Source: an uncultured Planctomycetales bacterium | Lineage (GTDB): Bacteria > Omnitrophota > Gorgyraeia > Zapsychrales > JANLHA01 | NCBI GenBank assembly: GCA_964595465.1 | Contig: CAZQQI010000006.1 | Location: 655-64,654, forward strand | Direction of reading: 5' to 3' | DNA: 64,000 bases | Shown: positions 45,498-55,238 of the stretch, piece after piece | How positions within the stretch are numbered: position 1 is the stretch's first letter | Layout: each line of letters opens with the position of its first letter | Translations under genes and position numbers: made by a program | Notes under the pieces: model-generated | Told to the model about the DNA's origin: nothing | Database searches by the model: none | The model's input: only the letters and a program-made list of their open reading frames with translations

Positions 45498-47159
45498 ATG
45501 CTTCAGCAGTTATCTATTGAAAATTTCGGCTTGATCGATAAACTTTCTCTGGAATTTGACCGTGGTTTAAATGTGTTAACCGGATCCACAGGCGCGGGAA
45601 AATCCATTATCATTGACGGAATACGTTTTGCATTGGGGGAACGTCTGAAGACCGCCCAGATCCGTGAGAACGATCGGCCTTGCCGGGTTGAACTGGTCTT
45701 TGAATTGCCTCCTTCCCTTCTGCAGACAGAGGTCCTCAAGGAATATACTGATCCGCAAGATGGCCTGCTGATCATCCAGAGACAGGCGACGGCTGACGGG
45801 CGAAGCCGGATCAAGGTTAACGGACAGTCCGTGACGGTAACTCAGCTGAAGGCCATCGGATCTGTTCTGGTGGATATTCATGGCCCTCATGATCATCAGC
45901 AGCTTCTGCGCGAGGAATCTCATCGGGGTATTCTGGATGCCCTGACTGATTTCGGTCCCCATCGTGAGCAATATAGAGAGTTATATCGAAGGTACGCCTC
46001 TCTTCTGGCCCGGCAAAAAGAATTGACTGAAATGGCTCATTCCCGGGACCGTGAAATGGATATGCTCCGTCATCAGCTCAATGAACTTGAAGCAGTATCT
46101 CTGGAGGATAGTGATTACGAAGACATGCAGGGGCGTATGAACCGTTTGCGTTTCAGTGAACGTTTAGCTGAATCCGGCGGCGCTCTGCTGGCCATTTGTG
46201 AAGATGAGCAGGCAGGCCTGAGTGAACAATTGCGCCGTGCCTGTGGATATGCTTCCACACTGAACCAATTGGATGAACAGACGTCCTCTATGACGTCGTC
46301 TCTGGAACAGATGCAGGAGGTATGTGAGGAGTTCAGTTCCCGCCTGCGGGATTATACGACTGATCTGGCTTTTGAACCCGGTGAAGCAGTTCAGCTGAAT
46401 GAATTGTACGATCAGTATGAAGATATCAAACGTAAATACGGACCCGCGTTGGCGGACGCTCGCGGATTTTATGCTGATGCCAAGAAACGCTATGAGGACT
46501 TAGTCGATCTGGAACATAATGATACGGAGCTAAAGCGGCAGTTGGCGGATCTGCGCGGGGAGATGGAGTCCGTTGCCGTCCGGCTAAGTGAAAACCGGAA
46601 GAAAACAGCCCGCGATCTGAAAAAGACCATTGAACGGGAATTAAAGGATCTGGGCTTCGATCACGTGATCTTTTCAGCAGACGTGGCCCCGGAGGATTTC
46701 GGACCCGAAGGGGCGGATCAGGTCCGTTTTTTTATCAGTCCCAATGCCGGAGAAGAACTCAAACCATTGGCGGATATTGTTTCGTCAGGTGAAGCGGCCC
46801 GTCTCATGCTGGCTTTGAAAAAGGCCCTGACCCGGGTCGATCCCATTCCGGTGCTGGTGTTTGATGAGATCGACGCCCAGATCGGCGGCCGGTTGGGAAC
46901 GATCACGGGACAGAAACTGCGCGATATTTCAGCAGACCGGCAGATCCTGCTGATTACTCATCTTCCCCAGATCGCGGGATTCGGTAACCGCCATTTCCGC
47001 GTGACCAAAACCGTTGACCGCAAGCGGACCACGACCCTGGCGGAATGTCTGCAGGGCGATGTCCGCATTGAAGAACTTGCTCATATGATGCAGGGCCAGC
47101 AGACCAGTGATGTCGCTCTGGAGCATGCCCGCCAGATGCTCTCCGCGGGACAGGGGTAG
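45498..47159 (+). CDS. recN: DNA repair protein RecN
   Basis: TGSTGAGKS, DIHGPHDHQ, SSGE..R.ML, FDEID and ITHLPQIA. Confidence 0.96.
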   Translation: MLQQLSIENFGLIDKLSLEFDRGLNVLTGSTGAGKSIIIDGIRFALGERLKTAQIRENDRPCRVELVFELPPSLLQTEVLKEYTDPQDGLLIIQRQATADGRSRIKVNGQSVTVTQLKAIGSVLVDIHGPHDHQQLLREESHRGILDALTDFGPHREQYRELYRRYASLLARQKELTEMAHSRDREMDMLRHQLNELEAVSLEDSDYEDMQGRMNRLRFSERLAESGGALLAICEDEQAGLSEQLRRACGYASTLNQLDEQTSSMTSSLEQMQEVCEEFSSRLRDYTTDLAFEPGEAVQLNELYDQYEDIKRKYGPALADARGFYADAKKRYEDLVDLEHNDTELKRQLADLRGEMESVAVRLSENRKKTARDLKKTIERELKDLGFDHVIFSADVAPEDFGPEGADQVRFFISPNAGEELKPLADIVSSGEAARLMLALKKALTRVDPIPVLVFDEIDAQIGGRLGTITGQKLRDISADRQILLITHLPQIAGFGNRHFRVTKTVDRKRTTTLAECLQGDVRIEELAHMMQGQQTSDVALEHARQMLSAGQG

Positions 47160-47191
47160 CTGGCCGGCCTCATGTCGCCAGGTCATCCGGA

Positions 47192-47282
47192 AAAAGTGAA
47201 GAGGGAAACGTGAAATGCGTAAAATCCCTTTCTAACAAACTCGATCATCCGTTTCCCGCTTCACATATCCCGTTTCCCTGAT
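47192..47282. repeat. Two inverted arrays of the 7-bp repeat family also seen at 42602
   Basis: AAAAGTG AAGAGGG AAACGTG AAATGCG (47192-47219) faces TCCGTTT CCCGCTT CACATAT CCCGTTT CCCTGAT (47248-47282). Confidence 0.6.
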
Positions 47283-47284
47283 TT

Positions 47285-47369
47285 AACTCAACAAACCCAA
47301 CAAACTCAATAAACCCAACAAACTCAACAAACCCAATAAACCCAACAAACTCAACAAACTCAATAAACT
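47285..47369. repeat. Nine tandem 9-bp repeats AACYCAAYA
   Basis: AACTCAACA AACCCAACA AACTCAATA AACCCAACA AACTCAACA AACCCAATA AACCCAACA AACTCAACA AACTCAATA AACT. Confidence 0.95.
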
Positions 47370-47421
47370 TCCCCCTTTTCCCTTCTCCATTCACCTTCAC
47401 CCTTCAGGAGTCATTTCCCCC

Positions 47422-47450
47422 TTGCCAATAACGGAATTTTGTGGTTTAAT
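47422..47450 (+). promoter_or_regulatory. Candidate sigma-70 promoter of pfk
   Basis: TTGCCA-17 bp-TTTAAT with TGn; AAGGAG RBS before ATG 47516. Confidence 0.4.
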
Positions 47451-47515
47451 CGGTGAGATTTCAACCCATAGAAATTTCATATCATCAACATGATCAACCT
47501 TAAAGGAGTTTCAGT

Positions 47516-48721
47516 ATGAAAAAGATCGGGATCATTACCAGCGGCGGTGATTGCGGAGGCTTGAACGCGGTCATTAAAGGAGCCGCGCAGATGGCCAATG
47601 ATAAAGGTGTGGAATGTTATATTATTCCTAACGGATACGCGGGATTATATAACCTCGAGCAGTTTGAAGAGCTTGTTAAATTAACTCCGGACCGTCTGGA
47701 TCAGATCAATAATAATCTCGCGGGTTCTGAAGCCGGTCATTCCCGGGTCAAGATCAAAAAGATCCAGGACGAGCAGAAATATGACCGGATCAAACGAGGA
47801 TTAAAGAAGTTCGGCATTGAGGGTCTGGTGATCTCCGGCGGTGATGATACCGGCAGTGTTATTGTGGATCTGAATGAGAACGGCATCCCCTGTGTGCACG
47901 CTCCCAAGACCATGGACCTGGACCTGCAGACCTATTCCGTCGGGGCGGATTCCACCATCAGCCGCATCGCTGAGTTCGCTGAGGACCTTAAGACGACCGG
48001 ACGCACCCATAACCGTATTATTGTTGTAGAAGTGTTCGGCCGCTATGCCGGTCACACAGCCTTTCGCGGCGGTGTCGCGGCTGACGCTGACGCGGTGCTG
48101 ATCCCGGAGGTTCCGGTGGATTTTGATGCCTTATATGAGGATGTTAAAAAGACATTCTGCAACCGGGTGACTATGACCGATGTCAACGCCGGGACGTATC
48201 TGATCATTGTGGCTGAAGGTCTGCGCAACGCCGACGGTTCTGAGATCGTGGATGAATCCGCGGGGCTGGACGCGTTCGGGCATAAAAAGCTGGCCGGCGC
48301 GGGAAAATATGTCTGTCAGCAGTTGACCAAACGGTTCAAGACCGATGACAGCATTAAAGAATTCATGAAAAAAGAAAAGATGTTCGTGGAGAATATCTAC
48401 GAAGTGCCGGAAGTCCGTGCTGTGACCCCGGGTCATCTGGTGCGCTGCGGACATGCCTCGGCCTATGACGTGAATTTCGGCAAAGAAGCCGGAGCCGCGG
48501 CGATTCAGCTTCTGCTGGAAGGGATCGCCGGTGTGACCGTCGTTAAGGTGGAAGGCGATGAGATCCGCTACATGGAGACCGCCAAGGCCATCGAACAGCG
48601 CCATGTGGATCTTAAGCTTGTCGCCCTGCATGAACGGCTGGGCCTATCATTCGGCCGCAATCCTGAGGCCTTTAAAGCGAAATTTCAAAAGGTTGAAGGT
48701 CCGATTGAGCGGCACTTGTAA
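47516..48721 (+). CDS. 6-phosphofructokinase family enzyme with the pyrophosphate-dependent signature
   Basis: TSGGDCGGLN, GGDDT, PKTMDLD and EVFGR..G. Confidence 0.9.
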   Translation: MKKIGIITSGGDCGGLNAVIKGAAQMANDKGVECYIIPNGYAGLYNLEQFEELVKLTPDRLDQINNNLAGSEAGHSRVKIKKIQDEQKYDRIKRGLKKFGIEGLVISGGDDTGSVIVDLNENGIPCVHAPKTMDLDLQTYSVGADSTISRIAEFAEDLKTTGRTHNRIIVVEVFGRYAGHTAFRGGVAADADAVLIPEVPVDFDALYEDVKKTFCNRVTMTDVNAGTYLIIVAEGLRNADGSEIVDESAGLDAFGHKKLAGAGKYVCQQLTKRFKTDDSIKEFMKKEKMFVENIYEVPEVRAVTPGHLVRCGHASAYDVNFGKEAGAAAIQLLLEGIAGVTVVKVEGDEIRYMETAKAIEQRHVDLKLVALHERLGLSFGRNPEAFKAKFQKVEGPIERHL

Positions 48722-48733
48722 TCATGTTAAACT

Positions 48734-48769
48734 AAGGGCGGTGGAGATGGTCTCTGCCGCCCTTTTTTT
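48734..48769 (+). terminator. Rho-independent terminator after pfk
   Basis: AAGGGCGGTGGAGA-TGG-TCTCTGCCGCCCTT followed by a T run. Confidence 0.85.
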
Positions 48770-48790
48770 ATTTTGAGCCGGGACAAAAAC

Positions 48791-50215
48791 ATGTCCGTGA
48801 AAAAGATCTTTCCCACCCTGCTTACTGTTTTTATTCTTTTATGTTTATGCGGCTGGTATGGCTGCCGCAGTTATCAGGCCTATGACCGCATGAGTGATGT
48901 GAAGATGACCGTTGACGAGGCAGTTTATATTTGGATCGGTATGCAGCTGATCGAGAATCCGTATGATTATTCGGCTACCGGCTACGCGTTATTTAATGAA
49001 AAGACACGGGAAAGGGATCTGCCGTCTTATTTTTACCGGCCCCTTTTTAAGCACCCTCCTCTGTTTTCCTATTCGCAGGCGTTGTCTTTAAACTTTATCC
49101 CGCATGAATCATTGCGTTTTATTTTCCCGAGTCTTTTAGCAGGAATCCTCATGATCCCTTTGGCCTTCGGTATTGGTTTACTTTTAAACGGACGGTTAAC
49201 AGGATTACTCGCGGCCCTGATCACAGCCATGGATCCGGTGCGCATTATGTGTTCCCAAAAGATCTGGATGGATACCATGCTGGGGTTTTTTATGGTTTTG
49301 GGGATTTATTTATTTTTATTGGCGATGCACAAAAAAAAGGATGGCTATTTTACCTGCAGCGGCCTGGTCTTGGGGCTGGCCGGCCTGGTGAAATATCCCG
49401 GGTTATTGGCCTGGTTTGCGGTTCTGGTGTATGTTGCGCTGTACCGCCGGGAAGTCTTGCGGAAAAGCCGTTTTCTTTTCGCTGCCGTCCTTCCTGTTTT
49501 GATGCAGCTCCCCTGGATCGGATGGAACATCCGCGTTTACGGTTGGGGGTTTCTTACGGATCCCTTTGCTCAGCATGGAGGGTTCCGAATGCCGATCGTC
49601 GTTATTCTGATTGGTATGGCTGTTTTAATGTTTTTATTCGTTTTTTTTACTAGGTTTGGGAAGAAGCCGGCATCATATCGGCCCGACAGGCAAAGTCGCA
49701 ACGAAAGCGTTTTTTTATGGATATTACGCCTGGGCGTACTGCTGGCACTGGGGGTTTTCCTGATCAAGGACTATGGTCTGCAACGTTTTGCTTTTTTCAA
49801 TATGCCTCATGTCACCTGGGCCCAGGGATATTTTTCTGGTGCGCCGAGGATATTCTATATCGGGCGCATGATCCAGTTTAATTATGTGTATCTGCTCGGT
49901 TTTATTGCGCTTATAGTCCCGTTCCCTAAGGGAAAAGGATCGGGTTTATTGAAGACCTATATGGTAATTGTATTGCTGTTTTTTATTTTATGGGGAAATT
50001 ATCAATCCCGTTATATCCTCGCCCTGATCCCGGTTCTGGCTGTCTTCAGCAGCAGCATAATTGTGCGTTCGCTTAAGATCTTCGCGGAATTTGAACCTCC
50101 GTCCCTCCGTCTCACCCTTCAATCCGTGCTTCTGATCATGCTGGTTCTGGCGTTGTCACGCACAGCCATGATCAACCATCTGGTCAGCTTTACCAATGAT
50201 ATGTGTTATTTCTGA
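48791..50215 (+). CDS. GT39/ArnT-like membrane glycosyltransferase
   Basis: DE.VY, HPPLF, W.D and VKY.G motifs; multiple TMs. Confidence 0.82.
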   Translation: MSVKKIFPTLLTVFILLCLCGWYGCRSYQAYDRMSDVKMTVDEAVYIWIGMQLIENPYDYSATGYALFNEKTRERDLPSYFYRPLFKHPPLFSYSQALSLNFIPHESLRFIFPSLLAGILMIPLAFGIGLLLNGRLTGLLAALITAMDPVRIMCSQKIWMDTMLGFFMVLGIYLFLLAMHKKKDGYFTCSGLVLGLAGLVKYPGLLAWFAVLVYVALYRREVLRKSRFLFAAVLPVLMQLPWIGWNIRVYGWGFLTDPFAQHGGFRMPIVVILIGMAVLMFLFVFFTRFGKKPASYRPDRQSRNESVFLWILRLGVLLALGVFLIKDYGLQRFAFFNMPHVTWAQGYFSGAPRIFYIGRMIQFNYVYLLGFIALIVPFPKGKGSGLLKTYMVIVLLFFILWGNYQSRYILALIPVLAVFSSSIIVRSLKIFAEFEPPSLRLTLQSVLLIMLVLALSRTAMINHLVSFTNDMCYF

Positions 50216-50227
50216 AAGACGTGATCT

Positions 50228-52069
50228 TTACGGCAGGACCCGGAAAATGAAACTTTCCCGGTTGCTTAAAATCCGTTCAAAGCCGGGATGACGATCCATG
50301 TTCTCCAGCTTTTCATTCACCGGCTCAGGACCAAAGCGCTGAGCATCCCTGCGGGTGACAAGAATGTATGAGAATCCCTGGCGAATAAGGTTATGATGCA
50401 GGTGTTCAAGATCGTCATGGAAGGCATGCGCGAAGGCCAGACGATAATCTTGGCTCCAGACGTCAGCCCGCATATCCATGCCGATGACCAGCTGATTATC
50501 TGTGAACATAAAGACTTTGGTGTTAGCCGGCAGATATTCTCTCAACCAGAGGTAGCCGTCCATTTCCCTGTCCGAGTTCCAGTAAACTCCATACGTCCAT
50601 TGTGAGTGGTTGAACTGGTATTTGTATTTCCCGGATTGAAACGTCACGATCAGGATAAACATAAGGGTGATGGCCGGAGCAATAAGCGGATGGCGCAGTT
50701 TTTTCAGCAGGATAAAGATCCCTTCTGCGGCCAGAAATGATGCCGGGATAGCGAACAGCATCCAGAACCGGAAGGCGAACAGGCCGATCGGCAGGTTGAA
50801 GGTCTTGCTGTTCATGCCCAGAAATGTGAAGACTAGCCAAAATATGATCGTTGAAAAATAATAACGCTGATGAGGTTGAGAGGTTCGAAAAATACGGATG
50901 CAGGTATAGATCAGTCCGAGAAGTGCAAGAAAGCTGAAAAAGAAACCCAGACCTTTTGGATTATTGATCCAATTGTATTTGGGAAAAGTGATGTAATCGG
51001 CCAGAGTATAGGCTTCTGTGGCGGTGCCGCCGGATGCAGCAAAAATATTTTTAGCAACAGTCCCGGTTGGTGCGGCGGCGGCATAAACCGTGTCTTTACG
51101 TGTAATCACCTCGGATTTTCCAGCCAGCATGTCCATTGCGACAGATCCCCACCAGAGAGCGGCGATCAGGATACCTCCTAAAATGGCGGCTATGACGTTT
51201 TTCCAGGCCCCCCTTCCTCTGTAGGAGATCGCGTAAGCAGCCAGCATTAAAAGGGCCATAATTGCGAATTTGATCGCCTGTGTCGGCTGGACCAAAGGAA
51301 TGGCGGCACAGCAAATTGCGGCGGGAACGATTTGTTTTTTGTCGGTCAGACATTTCATCAGGAAATAAAATGCCGGGAAAAATAAAGTGACTGCTAAAGC
51401 ATGCGCCCAGATAAAATGCGATAGATAGCACGGGGCAAGTAAGAGAAAGAATGTGGACAGCAGAGCCTTGTCCTGGTCCCGCGACAGTTCCCGGGCCATG
51501 ATATAGAAAAAAAGAAATCCCAGCGAGATGATCAGGCCGTTAAAGAATTTTAAAACCCAATGCAGAGACGGATGGATCTGATGCAGAAGCCCCATGATGA
51601 TCGCGTATCCCGGCGGATAAGGATTCAGGTAATGGAATGTGCCTGATGGAGGGCTGATATTTTTTTCCAGCGCGACATATTTACTGCTGACCGCATGCGA
51701 CCAGGGGTCATCATCTTCCAGCCAGGGGTACTGAAACGCGCCGTGGATGTAGATTAGTGCTGCCAGGGCAAAGATCAAGGCCAGGATGATGACCGTTTGC
51801 CATTTGCCGCGGTCCGGCCGGAATACGACGGGTGAACTGAACCTTCCCCCCCCTTTCAGGCGGCGCAACGGCAGAACGATTCCCAATAGGGCCGTTCCCA
51901 GGAAGATCCGCCAATCAATGGGGATGTGCAGAACGTGCAGGATGACGCCGAGGATCGGGATGGCTGCCAGGCCCAGGGCGAGCTTGTACAGGAGAGAACC
52001 CTTTTGAAGAGGCAAGGAGCCTAATCCGTAGAGCATGAAGGAAAAAATGATGACTATCAGTATGAACAT
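50228..52069 (-). CDS. Polytopic GT-C-like membrane protein
   Basis: EDDDPWSH..YPPG periplasmic loop, many TMs and a C-terminal soluble domain. Confidence 0.65.
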   Translation of the reverse strand: MFILIVIIFSFMLYGLGSLPLQKGSLLYKLALGLAAIPILGVILHVLHIPIDWRIFLGTALLGIVLPLRRLKGGGRFSSPVVFRPDRGKWQTVIILALIFALAALIYIHGAFQYPWLEDDDPWSHAVSSKYVALEKNISPPSGTFHYLNPYPPGYAIIMGLLHQIHPSLHWVLKFFNGLIISLGFLFFYIMARELSRDQDKALLSTFFLLLAPCYLSHFIWAHALAVTLFFPAFYFLMKCLTDKKQIVPAAICCAAIPLVQPTQAIKFAIMALLMLAAYAISYRGRGAWKNVIAAILGGILIAALWWGSVAMDMLAGKSEVITRKDTVYAAAAPTGTVAKNIFAASGGTATEAYTLADYITFPKYNWINNPKGLGFFFSFLALLGLIYTCIRIFRTSQPHQRYYFSTIIFWLVFTFLGMNSKTFNLPIGLFAFRFWMLFAIPASFLAAEGIFILLKKLRHPLIAPAITLMFILIVTFQSGKYKYQFNHSQWTYGVYWNSDREMDGYLWLREYLPANTKVFMFTDNQLVIGMDMRADVWSQDYRLAFAHAFHDDLEHLHHNLIRQGFSYILVTRRDAQRFGPEPVNEKLENMDRHPGFERILSNRESFIFRVLP

Positions 52070-52073
52070 AAAT

Positions 52074-53225
52074 TTAGCGGCGTTTTTTCAGTCGGATGAG
52101 ATTTTTCAGGGTTTTAAAGAGTGACGGCGCATGGCAAAGGATATTAGAATACGCCTGGTTGGCCAGCGGGCAGGCGCATTCTTTGGCGCGGATGGAGCGC
52201 CGTACCTCCCTCGCCTGTTGTGAATGCCAGATTTTCTGGAAGTCATAATCCGTATCTCTAAGCCGGCCCAGTGGTTTGTTATATCCCAGGACACAGCAGG
52301 GCCAGACCTCGCCGTCATAATTGATGTGGACATTGGAAATGCCGCCATAGCAGGGAATGACCTGACGGTTTTCTTTTATAATTCTGGCGGCCAGGTCATA
52401 ATAGGTTAACCGCAGGGCCTCGGTGGTCTTGGCCAGGTCTTTTTTATGTTTTATGTTTTTCAATATTTTCTGTTTGAATTGAGTTATCAGGCGCTCGTAT
52501 TCTTCCCCGGACGGCGCGATCAGGTGCCCGATATTATGAAATTCCGTGCGCTGCTCAGCGATCTCGTTGCGGTAGCTTTCGACACCCTGCTGATGGACAT
52601 AATCCTCGATCTCAGCCAGTTTATGCAGATTGAATTTAGAAACCACGGTGCCGAGTTCTAGATGGAAATTGGAATATTCCCGGGCAATCTGTTTGAGGAG
52701 CTTAATGGTCTGTTCGAGCTTGGCAAAGTTTCCCGGAACACCGCGGATCTCGTCGTGCAGGGTGCCGACAGCATCGATAGACGGTTTAATAGAAAATTGG
52801 ATATCATGACCGTGCTTTTTGATGATCTCCAGGCTCTGACGCGCATAATCCGCGATCCGTTCGGGCAGTAGAGCATTGGTCGGAGTATGGATGATCTTGG
52901 GGGTTAAGTGGCGGCAGGCCAGCTCGATGATCTGAGGGAGATCTTTTCGTAAAAACGGTTCCCCGCCGCTGATGTTGAAGAAATAGACATGCCCCAGGGA
53001 TGTGAAGATTTTTTCGATCTCTTCGAGGGTGAGATCGTTCTCCCGGCATGCCGGATTGTCCCGGTAATGCCGGCCGATCTGACAGGTCTTGCAAAGCGAA
53101 TTACACGCGGCGGTCACGGAATAGGTTAACGTGATCGGGGTCGAAGATCTGCACAGTCCCAGACGGGCCAGCTGATAGTTGATGGTTTTGGGGAATATAT
53201 AAAAAATAAAATCAGAGAGCTTCAT
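52074..53225 (-). CDS. Radical SAM protein with a C-terminal SPASM/twitch-like domain
   Basis: CNSLCKTC, SGGEPFLR, C..G..G.V.PCC and C.CP. Confidence 0.92.
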   Translation of the reverse strand: MKLSDFIFYIFPKTINYQLARLGLCRSSTPITLTYSVTAACNSLCKTCQIGRHYRDNPACRENDLTLEEIEKIFTSLGHVYFFNISGGEPFLRKDLPQIIELACRHLTPKIIHTPTNALLPERIADYARQSLEIIKKHGHDIQFSIKPSIDAVGTLHDEIRGVPGNFAKLEQTIKLLKQIAREYSNFHLELGTVVSKFNLHKLAEIEDYVHQQGVESYRNEIAEQRTEFHNIGHLIAPSGEEYERLITQFKQKILKNIKHKKDLAKTTEALRLTYYDLAARIIKENRQVIPCYGGISNVHINYDGEVWPCCVLGYNKPLGRLRDTDYDFQKIWHSQQAREVRRSIRAKECACPLANQAYSNILCHAPSLFKTLKNLIRLKKRR

Positions 53226-54454
53226 GAGGTATCCCTAGTTAGATCAAAAATCGTTGAGGCATTCAATCGCGCCGCGGCTTTTTGGTTGGAAATTTTTTCT
53301 TTTAAGTTAGATTGAACGGAAGTATTCTTAAAGTAATCCAAGGCTGTTGTTATTTTCTGATAGGCCGCTGCGGCTGAAAAGTTTTCGATGTCGAGAATAA
53401 AATTTTTCAGGCCCAGTTCATTCATAAAATCATATGTTTTTTTGCCATATGCTATTCCGATCATCGGTTTGAAGGTTTCAGCAAAAAAAATCAGGGAGTG
53501 GAACCTCATCCCGATTAAAAGATCGGCACATTTAATGATGCCTTTAATTTCCTGAGGTGGAAATTCCTGGTTTACTGGGAAGCATTCTTGTTTATTATTT
53601 ACGATTTTCATAATATCATCTGCGGAGATCCGATCATCGTTTGGTGGTTTGCAGGACATCGGCACGAAAAAAACAAAGGCATTATGGGTTTCAATTATGT
53701 TATCAACGAGTCTGGCACATTCAGAAATAAAGGTATTGTATTTATTTTCTCCACCAGGAATCCAGGTTTTTGAATTTAAATCTTGCAGATGCTTTACATA
53801 CCACCGCCGGATGGTAAAAACGACTTTTAACCGGGAAGGCTCTACTAGCTGGTTGTCTCCATTAAAGGGAGTTTTTGTTTTGGATGTCGTTAAGGTTATG
53901 GCAGGGTCAGCAGTTACTTTTAACAGCTGATCTTTAACGCCGATGTCGCGCAGTATTTTTTTGGAATAATGTCCCCGCAATCCGATGAAATTCATACGGT
54001 TTAGAGTGAAGCGTGTTAAAATTTTTCCATTTCTTGTTGTGATGGGGCCTGCCCCTATTCCATACAGTGCTGTTTTTTTGAATAGCATTTGAGCAAATAA
54101 AATTTTAAAGAGCCAGAATGGGATAAAAAAAGGATGTGTTTGGTCTTGAAGGATCGTCCCCCCTCCTGTAATAAAAATTGAACAACAGATAAAGGCTTTG
54201 ATAGTTTGAAATATCCACGTGATTTTACGAAAACCTTTTTCGTTAGGTTCCAAAAGACCAAAGCGTCCGGAATAAATAAATTTTTCATCAGGATAATGGT
54301 GTTGTGAAAATTGGGGGTTATCAGAAAATATCGTAAAGTCCCCTTTTGGAAAATGTTTACGAAGTTGCTTTAATAAACATATCATTAGTGCTTCATCACC
54401 TGCGTTGCCGTTGCCATATCCTCCGGAGATTAAAATGTTGTTTTTCTTTCTCAT
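53222..54454 (-). CDS. Polysaccharide pyruvyl transferase family protein
   Basis: G.GN.GDE, GGG..LQD, G.GP, R...S, ADP and GMRFHS. Confidence 0.9.
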   Translation of the reverse strand: MRKKNNILISGGYGNGNAGDEALMICLLKQLRKHFPKGDFTIFSDNPQFSQHHYPDEKFIYSGRFGLLEPNEKGFRKITWIFQTIKAFICCSIFITGGGTILQDQTHPFFIPFWLFKILFAQMLFKKTALYGIGAGPITTRNGKILTRFTLNRMNFIGLRGHYSKKILRDIGVKDQLLKVTADPAITLTTSKTKTPFNGDNQLVEPSRLKVVFTIRRWYVKHLQDLNSKTWIPGGENKYNTFISECARLVDNIIETHNAFVFFVPMSCKPPNDDRISADDIMKIVNNKQECFPVNQEFPPQEIKGIIKCADLLIGMRFHSLIFFAETFKPMIGIAYGKKTYDFMNELGLKNFILDIENFSAAAAYQKITTALDYFKNTSVQSNLKEKISNQKAAARLNASTIFDLTRDTS

Positions 54455-55237
54455 TTAAATTTTTTCTCCAATGATGTAAAAAATGTGTGCGTATAAAAAT
54501 TTAATGATTAATGGTAGAGGTAGTTTTTCAATAAGATAAACCCAAAGAAACCATCGCGGAAATCGCCCGGATTTGACGTAGTCGATATACGGAATTTCCC
54601 ATTCAAATTGTGAAAAATTAACAGGGTTGCGATGAAGCCGAATATCACGAAACCCTACTGAATCCGGCCATACAGGACAATCAACAACGCCGATCTTCAG
54701 ATTTTTTAAACCATAAGATGCCATGAATTCTTTAAGAAATTTAGGGCTGTTAAAGTTTATATCGCCATGGGTCCATTGAATTTTTGTGCGCCAATGTGCA
54801 AATTTATGCAATGGAAAGCCGATATTCCGCTTGTTAACAGAAAATACAGCAACATATTTCTTTGAAATACGCATCATTTCTTTTATTAGGGCTTCTTTGT
54901 CGGGATATGTGGGAATGAATGCGAAATTCCAAACGAAATCAAAAGAGTTATCGTTGAATTCTGTATGATCAATGTTAGGGACATCAACAAAATGGATATT
55001 TTTTCTAATATTTAATGCTTCATAAAACTTTGCGGAGCGCTGATCGCCATTGACCAGAGTAACATGGAGCCCGGCATGCGCGAAATCAAAAGAGTATAGT
55101 GATGGCGCTGCTTTTGCTCCGTGCGCTGGGAGTTCACATACAGTGTTAATATTGTATTCTTTAACAAAATTTTTAAGTTTTTTCCCTAAAGAAAATCGTT
55201 CGTAATTAACGCCAAAAACTTCTGATTCTTTATGCAT
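54455..55237 (-). CDS. Putative SAM-dependent methyltransferase (atypical motif I)
   Basis: FNDNSFDFVWN..EMMRISK motifs; lacks a canonical GxGxG. Confidence 0.65.
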   Translation of the reverse strand: MHKESEVFGVNYERFSLGKKLKNFVKEYNINTVCELPAHGAKAAPSLYSFDFAHAGLHVTLVNGDQRSAKFYEALNIRKNIHFVDVPNIDHTEFNDNSFDFVWNFAFIPTYPDKEALIKEMMRISKKYVAVFSVNKRNIGFPLHKFAHWRTKIQWTHGDINFNSPKFLKEFMASYGLKNLKIGVVDCPVWPDSVGFRDIRLHRNPVNFSQFEWEIPYIDYVKSGRFPRWFLWVYLIEKLPLPLIIKFLYAHIFYIIGEKI

Positions 55238-55238
55238 T

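Noticed and set aside
47285-47369. Possible CRISPR array
   Set aside because: Contiguous 9-bp units without spacers and no cas genes in the window.
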